DNA of 64,000 nt, from NCBI RefSeq assembly GCF_902652985.1, contig NC_047019.1, forward strand, positions 24,738,001-24,802,000. Reading direction: 5' to 3'. The notes beneath the pieces were generated by a model. That model was not told the origin of the DNA. It did no database searches and worked only from the letters and a program-made list of their open reading frames with translations. Shown piece by piece: positions 54,901-64,000 of the stretch (its first letter is position 1; every line of letters begins with the position of its first letter). This DNA is from Pecten maximus (Eukaryota). The position numbers were made by a program, and so were the translations under genes.

Positions 54901-57900
54901 ATATTGGACAATACATTATTGATTTCATGAAAGATAAGTTGTTAAGAATAAGTATTTGGTTGTAAAGGCCATGAACATGTATTATTATCGATGTGTGACG
55001 TTTACAAATGGGTTCGTCACTACCTCTAATAGATCCTGGTTAGTGACTAGTCTACAGATGCAAATATATACAAATATTACTACTATTTGGTAGCCTTTAA
55101 CATTTAACGAGAACATATAACACATAAAATATAAGTTTTATATATACAGTGGTCTGTCTGACCGCTGACACTTAATCTTAATACTATAACTCGTCCCGTA
55201 CCACTCACAACGGCTAGTTATAATTACTGGTCGCCGGTCTGTGTGTGACCGCTGACTATACGGCTACGGGGATTCAGTGACTAGCAATATGTGTAATCGA
55301 ACATGATTATACGCTCTGACTGTTCCCATGTATTTTCATCGGCCACCTAACCCCTGGTGTTTGCTGCTGACCACCAACACTACTTATAGTATGGTCGCTG
55401 ACATGCCCGCCGACTACCTTGTAGTTGCTGACTTGACCGTCGACTACCTGCTTGTAGTCGCCAACTAAATTGTAGTCGCTAACCTATCAGCCTCTGCCAA
55501 ACCCTCTGTGTTAAAACGATTAGTTGATGGATCAAGGAGAAGACCGTGGTCACATCTATCTTTCCATAACTAGCTACCTTTCTTAGGGTCTCTCCGCTTC
55601 TGTCTGTACAGTTTTGGATGCCGAAATCAGAGTGTTTGTGTTCTGTCAGAGCCGGCTTTTATACCCTCCGATATAGACCATCTGAGTCATTCAAGTGTTT
55701 TACATGCAAGGGTAGGATTACATAATCAAGCGTGCGGGAGAATGCACGAGAATAGTTCAGGACCCGGATGAACACATGTAAACAATACACAACGATGCCT
55801 GATCGGTATGTGTTATCTATTTTCATTACACTACCCACGCCTTCGAGGTTGAAGCTTCCATGCTTCTTAATTATGTTAGAACGAAATCAAAGAACCAAAG
55901 GAAAACAATTATTTACAAAACAAATAAACTTTCTTTATTAATCCAGCAGTGTTGAAACACTAGTGTACGGACACTTCGTTTAAGTGAGGTCCGTCCAAAC
56001 GTTGTGGGCATCTAGCCTATTCTCTATTTCCAGTGAAGGTATCCAAATAAAAGTAGGTTTCATCTACCGTGGTTTGTTTCACTTGCTTGCCTGCCTCATG
56101 ATATCGACAAGTGGTCGTGACTGTCCGCTTAGTTTTGTTCATGGCGGGCTCCGTCTGGACTCCAACACTAACAAAACGTCGACTAACCGTACTCGTATGT
56201 CGCTTCGTGGGATGATCCAGAGTTACTGGTTTCGGGATGACATGTCGCAGATCTGTGGCACGTAGCCTTTTGCCTGGTTCACCACTTTGTTCTGCTATTC
56301 TCTTCTTATGAAATGGCAGTGTAGGTTTTGTTGATTTCCTGATCACCCGACCCATCAAAGAATCATCCGGGGGTACAGGATTTGTGGCCACTGCTGTAGC
56401 TGAGGTTGAAGGTCTGTTGTCAGATGGGACAACTGGCTCAGTAGTTTCTTTCTCCGACTCCTCGGACAGTAAGCTCCCAGGGTCCTGCTTTTGCCAATCT
56501 TCTGTTTCCTTAGGCGAAGGATAGGAATCATCATCCGACCCATCGTCACTATCACTACTGGAGCTGCTTGAGCTGTCACTGGATCCTGCGGTCTGCTTAT
56601 CCTCTGGTAGATTAGACACATGGACGGTCTCAGGTTGGCTGTTTTTGTCCATACCCTTCTCTTCGATATGTCTTTTCTCATGACGAGTAAGGTATACTTG
56701 CTTTGTAGTCGTGAAATTACAATGAGTACAGGCAAATGCATTCTTTTCAGAGTGTTTCAGACCACACATCACAAGATGCTCCCTGAGCTCTTCTGTTCCA
56801 GCGGTTCTGAACTTGCACATAGGACATGCCTTCATTGGGGTCGTCTTTGTGTTTACCATTCTCTGAAAGTACCAAAAGCTTTGATTAGTGGTATATCTTC
56901 TTCATGTGATACAGGTATTTTATGATAAAACATCTCAAGACATAGACTAGTACAAAATATAGTCAGAGTGTTTGGCAGGTGCTTTCCTATGTCTGCGACC
57001 CTGTTTTGGGTTAGTTTCTATATTCTTAGAACTAATATTCTTAAGGTCTCTCCCAGACTCGTTTTCACTCTCTTTGAAAGTAGCACTCTCCTCACACCAA
57101 TCACTTCTACTGTCATCAACTTGCTTGCTCTCGAAACAACTCTCGTCAACCTGAGTCTGTTGCTCTTTAACTTTTGCAAAATCCTCTGCATTCTCATTCC
57201 TGAGCATCTGAACCTTTTTTGGCTTCATGCGGTCTACATGAATTACTTGTAGCTTCCCTTTTCGCCCACAGCGTACGCGATATGTGACGTCAGTGAGTTT
57301 TGATATCACTCGGAATGGACCCTTCCAGCGACAGGCTAGCTTTGAACTTTGTCCTGTCTTGACGTTGGGAAAGAAAACGAATACATCATCACCAGCTTTG
57401 AATGGTTGCCAGGAGAGTTTCTGATCATGAAGCTTCTTCTGTCTAAGCATTCGTCCCTTTACACTTTCTCTGACTAACTGATGTGCGTCTTCCATCTTTT
57501 CCTGTAGCTCCCACGCCCATGTATTCTGTGGTAATGCTTTCAGATTTCGTGGCATTGAGTATTGTAGATCTAGTGGAGTAGAAGTTTCTCTTCCAAGCAT
57601 CATGAAGTTTGGGGAATTGGAAGTGGTCTCATGTTCGGTTGACCGATATGCCATCATGACATATGGCAAGTGTCTGTCCCAGTCAGTGTGTCGCTCATTC
57701 ACAAATGCCCTCAACATGGTAACCAGTGTCTTATTGAACCGCTCAACCATACCATCTGACTGCGGGTGGTAGGGAGTGGTACGGGTCTTTTGAATTTGCA
57801 GTATACGACACATTTCCCGAAACAATGCACTCTCAAACTGAGAGCCCTGATCTGAATGGATAATACTGGGGACTCCGAATCGACAGACGACTTCTTCTAC

Positions 57901-60900
57901 CAGTATGCGTGCTACGGTCTCTGCGTTCATGTTTTGCATTGGAAAACTTTCTGTCCACTTTGTGTAGTAGTCGGAGATAACCAAGATGTGCCTGTTGCCA
58001 TCATCGGTCTCCGGCAATTCGCACAGAATGTCCATAGCTATGCGCTCCATTGGGTATCCCGATTCAGTTATCTGCATAGGTGCTCTCTTGGTTTTTGTCA
58101 TGTTCTTGCTCTTAGCACACATCGTGCAACCAGTGACATATCGTTTGATATCATCTTGTATCCCAGGCCAGTAATACTGTTGGCGGATCTTGGCAAGAGT
58201 CTTTCTTGTTCCCAGATGAGCAGCTGTCTTGTTATCATGGGCATGACCAAGGATTGTGCGACGTTCGTTTCTAGGAACTATGATATGAACTACTCCTTTT
58301 TGTGTTTTTCTCACCAATAGATCATCTTGAATGGACAGTATTTCAAACTGTGACCATAGGGATTTCACTGTTTTGTTTCTGCCACCTATGGACTTATACC
58401 CAGGTCTTTCCCCTTTCTTGACCCAGTCAATAACCAGACCTAAGTCATCATCTTCCTCTTGTTTTTCGCTCAGGGTTTTCTCACGTTTTTCTTTTTCATC
58501 AGATTTACAAGTGTCTATGCTCCTCACTATCTGAGCTGTAGATTCAGTTGCTCGATTGTCTGCCTTCAGTTCCCAGTCTGGGTCAAAGTTGCATTGACGA
58601 CAAGGGATCCTGCTCAGTCCATCGGCATTCTGATGTTGCTTCCCTGGTCGATGAATGATGTGCATGTCATATGAGCTTAACACCTGAAGCCATCTTGCCA
58701 TCTGGCCCTCTGGGTCTTTGAAATTCAGCAACCATCTGAGCGAACTGTGGTCTGTTCTGACAGTAAACTTTCTGCCATACAGATAATGCCGGAAGTATTT
58801 TGTGAAATTGACGACAGCCAGTAACTCTTTACGCGTTACGCAATACTTCCTCTCTGCCTTGGTCAATGTTCGTCCTGCAAATGCTATGGGTCTCTCTATG
58901 CCATCAATTTCCTGTGATAGTGCAGCCCCAATAGCTTCATGACTCGCATCGGTGTCGAGTATGAACTCTTTACTAAAATCAGGGTGGGCCAGAGTTTTTG
59001 CACTTGTCAATTCTCTTTTCAGAATCTCATACGCTTCCTGACACTGAGGTGTCCAATCAAATTTCCGTCCCTTTTCTGTCAGCTTGTGTAGGCATTTCGC
59101 AATCACAGAAAAGTTTCTGACAAACTTTCTGTAATAACTACAGAACCCCAGGAATGACCGCAGTTGTTTGATGTTGACTGGGACTGGCCACTCCGCAACT
59201 TTCTTCACCTTATCTGGGTCGGTGGAGATACCTTCCTCCGAGATCTTGTGGCCAAGGTAAATGACTTCTTTGGCAAACAGACAACATTTTCTCGCCTTTA
59301 GCTTTAATCCAGCTTCTTGTAAGCGTTTGAACACTTGTTGCAGATTCTCAATCATGTCTTCAAATGTCTTCCCGGTCACGATTATATCGTCTAGGTAAAT
59401 TAAACAGGTCTGCCACTGTAAACCTGCTAGTACCGTTTCCATCAGTCTCTCGAATGTCGCAGGAGCTGACGCTAGACCAAAAGGCATGACCGTGAACTCA
59501 TAAAGACCTGTTCTTGTCGCAAATGCAGTCTTCTGGCGATCTTCAGGAGCCAAATCAACCTGCCAATAACCGGAGTTTAGGTCGAGTGTTGAGAACCACG
59601 AGCAACCTGACATTTGATCAAGAGCCTCGTCAATACGTGGAAGTGGATACGCATCCGGAATGCTAACAGCATTCAGCTGTCGATAATCCACGCAAAATCG
59701 TAAGCTCCCGTCCTTCTTTTTCACGAGGACGATCCCAGAACTCCATGGACTGGAGGATTTCTGTATGATCCCTCTGTCAAGCATATCCTTTACTTGTCTA
59801 TCAATCTCGGGACCAAGATTGCCTGGCACTCTTCTTACTGGCTGTTTTATGGGTTTGGCACCCCCAGTGTTGATCTTATGTTGAATCAAGTCTGTTCTAC
59901 CCAGATCGTCGTCAGTAACGGCAAACAGGTTCTGATGTTTTAGCAGCAATTCATACCCAGCGTTGTATTGATCTGTTGTAAGATTATTTTTGGAGTCATT
60001 CAACAATGTTTGGATATCTGCCCTAAGTCCAGCTACTTTGTTAGGTGTCGGTTCGTCGACGGTTCCCATTACACCATCAATAGTGCTGACCTGAGCAATC
60101 GTTGTCCCTGGGTAAAATTGTTGACTCTCGTTGCCCAGATTCATTAATCTTACAGGCACCGTAGTATCATACTGCACAAGTGCCCTAGCGACTAATGCTC
60201 TCTCTGTCTTAAGAAAAGTCGCTGGTTTCTCAACTAGAAGTAGTTTGCTGGCTGTTTACACCTTCTGGTAAACATACCTTCCCTTGGACCACGACCTCAC
60301 TGTTGGCAGGAATGGTTACCTTCTCTGTAAGTGAAAGTCGGTAGCAACCCATAGCACCCTCGTAGAATGTCGGTACCGTTACATCATCAAGTGTGAGAAC
60401 ACCTTTCTTGAAATCAAGAGACCCATTTCTCTCCTGCATTATGTCTAGACCCAGAATACCATCGGTATTAATCTTAGCAATAATTGCTTCCACATAAATG
60501 TCTTTTGTCTTATTAAGCCGGATGACAAAACTCCCTTTGCCCTTGACCTCAAGTTTCTCACCACTAGCTGTTAAAACATCTTGGTGAACTCTACTCAGGC
60601 GAGGTTTAGCCGATTCTGTAATTTTATCAAACACTCGCTCTGATATGATGGTGACTGTTGCCCCTGTGTCAACCAATAGGTTTACTTTAGTTCCATGAAC
60701 TTCGGCAGTTATATACATGCCTGCTTCCTGCACGGCTGTAGACAACCCAATGCCAGCTCTTGGTTTCTTTTGTCTCTGTCGACGATGGGTGTTCACCTGC
60801 TGGGCCCCTGGTTGTTTCTGACTTTTATTAGGGTCATTCTTTTTGTCAGGCTTGGGACAATTTCTACGAAAATGTCCCTCCTCACCACAGTTAAAGCAGT

Positions 60901-63657
60901 TCTTGTTCCTGACCACATTAGACCTACTTCTAGACTTCATCTTTCCAACGTCCTTTTCCAGAGACTCTAGCTTTTTCTGCATGTCCTGGAGCAGTTTTAA
61001 CATCTCTGACCCCTCAGATGTTTCAGTATTAGTATTTCTAAGATATGATTGGCCTTCCTTTGATTTCTTCTCACAGCGGTTGTATGCCTCTAATTCAACC
61101 GATAGTTGTATGGCCTCAGTCAAATTCTTAGGCCTCGACTGTTTGATTCTTATGCGCATCTCGGAGTCTGCAAGTGCTTCAATGAACTGTTGCATAGCCA
61201 ATGTCTCCCTAACATCATTTGGCACTGTGCGATATGCCAAGTTCACAAGCCGTCTAATCGCTTGTCCCAGTTCTGGTAAACTTTCCGATGCTTTTTGACG
61301 CCTCTCCATTAACTGAACCCTATAAAGCTCAGTCTGGTTTGGGGGAGCAAACCTCTCCTCCAAGGCTTTGACTAGCGACTCATAATCCTGCTGCTTAGGA
61401 ATGTCAAGGTCACCCAGTATCCCTTGAGCTTGGCCCCGCAATGCTACTGCTAAGTGGAGACCTTTCTCATTATCAGTCCATCGGTTTATTCGAGAACAAG
61501 CATCAAAATGTGATTTGAAGTCAACCCATGGAGATGTGCCGTCATATGTTGCCGCTTTCACGGTAACCATTTTACTTTTATATTTTGTCGACATGTCCCT
61601 GACTTCATCATCTGTTTCTTCAGCATCCCTCCTGCTGGCAACTCTACTCATTCTTTTTTTTCTGGTGGTTACATTGTCATATTTGTGACCATCTAGTCTG
61701 TGATCATTATCCACACCCAACGGACATGGTACAGATGTCATTGGTTTAGTGCGAGACAATAGATTGTGACTGCTAGCCTGCATCTGTTTCATTTGTTCTC
61801 CGAGCTCTTTAATCTCTTGTTCAAACTTTTGTATACTTTCGTCCCTTAATCCAAGACTATAGTCTGGAGAGAACCTCTCCGGTTTTAGACGAGTATCTTT
61901 TTCTTTGGTTCCAAACCCAGAGTCGACAACTGCGTGCTTCCGCATCGGTATATTGGGTTGTGTGATAGGGGTTGAGAAATCAAAATGAATATGACTTGTG
62001 TTGTTAAAGTCAAGACCATTATCTGATTCCCTGTCAGACTGGTCACTGGTATAGCCTTCTGCCATATTAAATCACAGAGAGAATATAAGTAACAAACAAT
62101 TTTTTTTTATTATTATTATTACATCAACAACAGTTTATAAACTGTAGACTACTAAAATGTCACAAACAAGTTGTCAAATAACCAGGATCCCGCCGCTGCC
62201 ACCAAAATTTGTGACGTTTACAAATGGGTTCGTCACTACCTCTAATAGATCCTGGTTAGTGACTAGTCTACAGATGCAAATATATACAAATATTACTACT
62301 ATTTGGTAGCCTTTAACATTTAACGAGAACATATAACACATAAAATATAAGTTTTATATATACAGTGGTCTGTCTGACCGCTGACACTTAATCTTAATAC
62401 TATAACTCGTCCCGTACCACTCACAACGTAACGGCTAGTTATAATTACTGGTCGCCGGTCTGTGTGTGACCGCTGACTATACGGCTACGGGGATTCAGTG
62501 ACTAGCAATATGTGTAATCGAACATGATTATACGCTCTGACTGTTCCTATGTATTTTCATCGGCCACCTAACCCCTGGTGTTTGCTGCTGACCACCAACA
62601 CTACTTATAGTATGGTCGCTGACATGCCCGCCGACTACCTTGTAGTTGCTGACTTGACCGTCGACTACCTGCTTGTAGTCGCCAACTAAATTGTAGTCGC
62701 TAACCTATCAGCCTCTGCCAAACACTCTGTGTTAAAACGATTAGTTGATGGATCAAGGAGAAGACCGTGGTCACATCTATCTTTCCATAACTAGCTACCT
62801 TTCTTAGGGTCTCTCCGCTTCTGTCTGTACAGTTTGGATGCCGAAATCAGAGTGTTTGTGTTCTGTCAGAGCCGGCTTTTATACCCTCCGATATAGACCA
62901 TCTGAGTCATTCAAGTGTTTTACATGCAAGGGTAGGATTACATAATCAAGCGTGCGGGAGAATGCACGAGAATAGTTCAGGACCCGGATGAACACATGTA
63001 AACAATACACAACGATGCCTGATCGGTATGTGTTATCTATTTTCATTACAGATGTACGTAAATTGATGGTAGAGATGAGGGAATGAAATTGAAACACGTC
63101 TTTTTATTTCATTATGTTTTAAACCTACAATATCAATACCTCGATACGTTGAAAATGTGTAACAAACAATTCAAGCATATTACGGAAGCTTGTTAGTGCC
63201 ACATGAAGATATAAAAATGTCGCAATAATCATGGTATACTTAGTCCTAGTAACGATGTGCCTAAGGCGTAATCGTGGGATAGCTATATCGTGATTTCGAG
63301 ATAAAAATTTACTTCATGTGACTCTTATTGGCTTCCATACTATAGTGATTTCCTTTATTACCTTCGCCTGGCCAGACATTCACTACTGTACGTCCTCCCA
63401 TTAACACCACACACAGGCCCGCCGTAACATCGCACGCCTGATAAATAGAATATTATTTTACTGACCACCTTAGTATCGAAGCATGTCAAAGATTTTTCTA
63501 TCAATCAAAATTAACGAAAAATGTACAAAGACATTGAAAAAATGTATGTCGCAATAAAACAAAATTGTGTTAAATTTTATAACTTACGCCTTGACTGGAC
63601 TTCACAAATCTGTAAATAGCCAGTGAGTAACACAAGTCCTGCTACCGCAATGTTCAT
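51992..63657 (-). CDS. Kazal gene C: secreted five-domain Kazal serine protease inhibitor, 7 exons, about 234 aa
   Basis: Exons 63657-63588 ([23 protein letters not shown]), 63437-63362, 53838-53713 (CTREYRPVC), 53475-53347 (CPLIYSPVC), 53114-52989 (CPKHLDRVC), 52350-52228 (CPLNFNPVC), 52046-51992 ([12 protein letters not shown]). Intron 2 holds the Gypsy element. Confidence 0.93.
54210..54815. repeat. Degenerate minisatellite of about 50 bp, rich in TGACGTCA
   Basis: About 12 diverged units of TATATGACGTCAGC..TATGGCCTCATTATCAGAGGGCACTGTCT. Confidence 0.75.
56017..56859 (-). CDS. Gypsy accessory ORF3: two zinc fingers, acidic/Ser-rich region and a VQT motif (280 aa)
   Basis: Intact ORF between the pol stop and the 3' LTR; CPMC-x12-H-x3-C and CTHC-x12-H-x3-H; splice acceptor TACTTTCAG 3 nt before the ATG. 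Confidence 0.8.
   Translation of the reverse strand: MVNTKTTPMKACPMCKFRTAGTEELREHLVMCGLKHSEKNAFACTHCNFTTTKQVYLTRHEKRHIEEKGMDKNSQPETVHVSNLPEDKQTAGSSDSSSSSSSDSDDGSDDDSYPSPKETEDWQKQDPGSLLSEESEKETTEPVVPSDNRPSTSATAVATNPVPPDDSLMGRVIRKSTKPTLPFHKKRIAEQSGEPGKRLRATDLRHVIPKPVTLDHPTKRHTSTVSRRFVSVGVQTEPAMNKTKRTVTTTCRYHEAGKQVKQTTVDETYFYLDTFTGNRE
56947..60177 (-). CDS. pol: Gypsy Pol (RT, RNase H, integrase)
   Basis: RFCVDYR, MPFGL, YLDD (RT); DTDAS, RTDH, NADGLSR (RNase H); H-H-C-C, MDI, HSDQG, VERFN (IN); WKGPF (GPY/F). The frame stays open upstream to about 60255. Confidence 0.97.
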   Translation of the reverse strand: MQYDTTVPVRLMNLGNESQQFYPGTTIAQVSTIDGVMGTVDEPTPNKVAGLRADIQTLLNDSKNNLTTDQYNAGYELLLKHQNLFAVTDDDLGRTDLIQHKINTGGAKPIKQPVRRVPGNLGPEIDRQVKDMLDRGIIQKSSSPWSSGIVLVKKKDGSLRFCVDYRQLNAVSIPDAYPLPRIDEALDQMSGCSWFSTLDLNSGYWQVDLAPEDRQKTAFATRTGLYEFTVMPFGLASAPATFERLMETVLAGLQWQTCLIYLDDIIVTGKTFEDMIENLQQVFKRLQEAGLKLKARKCCLFAKEVIYLGHKISEEGISTDPDKVKKVAEWPVPVNIKQLRSFLGFCSYYRKFVRNFSVIAKCLHKLTEKGRKFDWTPQCQEAYEILKRELTSAKTLAHPDFSKEFILDTDASHEAIGAALSQEIDGIERPIAFAGRTLTKAERKYCVTRKELLAVVNFTKYFRHYLYGRKFTVRTDHSSLRWLLNFKDPEGQMARWLQVLSSYDMHIIHRPGKQHQNADGLSRIPCRQCNFDPDWELKADNRATESTAQIVRSIDTCKSDEKEKREKTLSEKQEEDDDLGLVIDWVKKGERPGYKSIGGRNKTVKSLWSQFEILSIQDDLLVRKTQKGVVHIIVPRNERRTILGHAHDNKTAAHLGTRKTLAKIRQQYYWPGIQDDIKRYVTGCTMCAKSKNMTKTKRAPMQITESGYPMERIAMDILCELPETDDGNRHILVISDYYTKWTESFPMQNMNAETVARILVEEVVCRFGVPSIIHSDQGSQFESALFREMCRILQIQKTRTTPYHPQSDGMVERFNKTLVTMLRAFVNERHTDWDRHLPYVMMAYRSTEHETTSNSPNFMMLGRETSTPLDLQYSMPRNLKALPQNTWAWELQEKMEDAHQLVRESVKGRMLRQKKLHDQKLSWQPFKAGDDVFVFFPNVKTGQSSKLACRWKGPFRVISKLTDVTYRVRCGRKGKLQVIHVDRMKPKKVQMLRNENAEDFAKVKEQQTQVDESCFESKQVDDSRSDWCEESATFKESENESGRDLKNISSKNIETNPKQGRRHRKAPAKHSDYILY
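60230..62065 (-). CDS. gag: Gypsy Gag plus aspartic protease
   Basis: YDGT..W..F capsid-like region, [14 protein letters not shown] zinc knuckle, LVDTGA and GILGLD protease motifs. Confidence 0.95.
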   Translation of the reverse strand: MAEGYTSDQSDRESDNGLDFNNTSHIHFDFSTPITQPNIPMRKHAVVDSGFGTKEKDTRLKPERFSPDYSLGLRDESIQKFEQEIKELGEQMKQMQASSHNLLSRTKPMTSVPCPLGVDNDHRLDGHKYDNVTTRKKRMSRVASRRDAEETDDEVRDMSTKYKSKMVTVKAATYDGTSPWVDFKSHFDACSRINRWTDNEKGLHLAVALRGQAQGILGDLDIPKQQDYESLVKALEERFAPPNQTELYRVQLMERRQKASESLPELGQAIRRLVNLAYRTVPNDVRETLAMQQFIEALADSEMRIRIKQSRPKNLTEAIQLSVELEAYNRCEKKSKEGQSYLRNTNTETSEGSEMLKLLQDMQKKLESLEKDVGKMKSRSRSNVVRNKNCFNCGEEGHFRRNCPKPDKKNDPNKSQKQPGAQQVNTHRRQRQKKPRAGIGLSTAVQEAGMYITAEVHGTKVNLLVDTGATVTIISERVFDKITESAKPRLSRVHQDVLTASGEKLEVKGKGSFVIRLNKTKDIYVEAIIAKINTDGILGLDIMQERNGSLDFKKGVLTLDDVTVPTFYEGAMGCYRLSLTEKVTIPANSEVVVQGKVCLPEGVNSQQTTSS

Positions 63658-63696
63658 CCTTGACTGTTAAATATGGTATCGTTCAGACGTGATTAA

Positions 63697-63722
63697 TTAT
63701 ATACAAAAACTTGTCACGTGAC
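63697..63722 (-). promoter_or_regulatory. E-box plus TATA promoter of Kazal C
   Basis: Perfect palindrome GTCACGTGAC 63713-63722 and TATATAA 63703-63697. Confidence 0.65.
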
Positions 63723-64000
63723 CGACCTATCATCATCGCTATGATAAAGAGCAAAGGTTACAAAGTTGATTAATCCGCCAGTTGTTGAACATCCGTCTGT
63801 TTTGCATAATATTATTAAGTCAGACATGTTTTTTCGGGGGTTTCCAAAATTATAAACCGCTATGTTTTTGCGATGGTTGATATTATACATGCCTTTGATG
63901 ACGTCAATGATTTATATTTGTGATGAGAACCAATGTCACGGAAATGTTATGAAATAGATCATCAACTTTTTTCATTGTCAGACAACCTTTGGGGAATACT

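Larger units (their letters stand above)
54994..63050 (-). mobile_element. Full-length young Ty3/Gypsy LTR retrotransposon
   Basis: LTRs 62210-63050 (5') and 54994-55830 (3'), TG...CA, with only 2 substitutions and 2 small indels seen; 4-bp TSD GATG; PBS TGGTGGCAGCGGCGGGAT (62204-62187, tRNA-Leu-like); purine-rich GAAGGCGTGGGTAG before the 3' LTR; domain order PR-RT-RH-IN. Confidence 0.98.

Noticed and set aside
56017-56859. ORF3 as an envelope gene or chromodomain
   Set aside because: No signal peptide, fusion or TM segment, or chromodomain pattern; it is a hydrophilic zinc-finger protein.
56968-61298. Plus-strand ORFs inside the Gypsy element
   Set aside because: Antisense shadows of gag/pol with no recognisable motifs.

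Overview
AT-rich, intron-containing animal DNA, probably from a bivalve or other mollusc (inferred from the repeat families and gene content). Left to right: a decayed L1/Tx1 fragment and a relic of the Kazal cluster cut by a tRNA-SINE; a complete 10-exon SLC22/Orct-like transporter (+, about 540 aa); two divergently oriented three-exon genes for small secreted peptides that the ORF track misses, with an IS3EU-type MITE between them; a 16-kb, 43-bp satellite with higher-order structure and a TA-flanked MITE inside; and three minus-strand genes for secreted 8-Cys Kazal-type proteins (10, 2 and 5 domains) sharing a TCACGTGAC-TATA promoter. Kazal introns carry a tandem three-LTR TRIM whose LTRs contain a tRNA-Thr-derived Pol III promoter, a decayed Penelope-like element, and a very young full-length Gypsy element. 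The Gypsy element has an extra env-position ORF encoding zinc fingers and a candidate LC8-binding motif. All exon models were read by hand from GT-AG sites and phase continuity; no transcript or database evidence was available.
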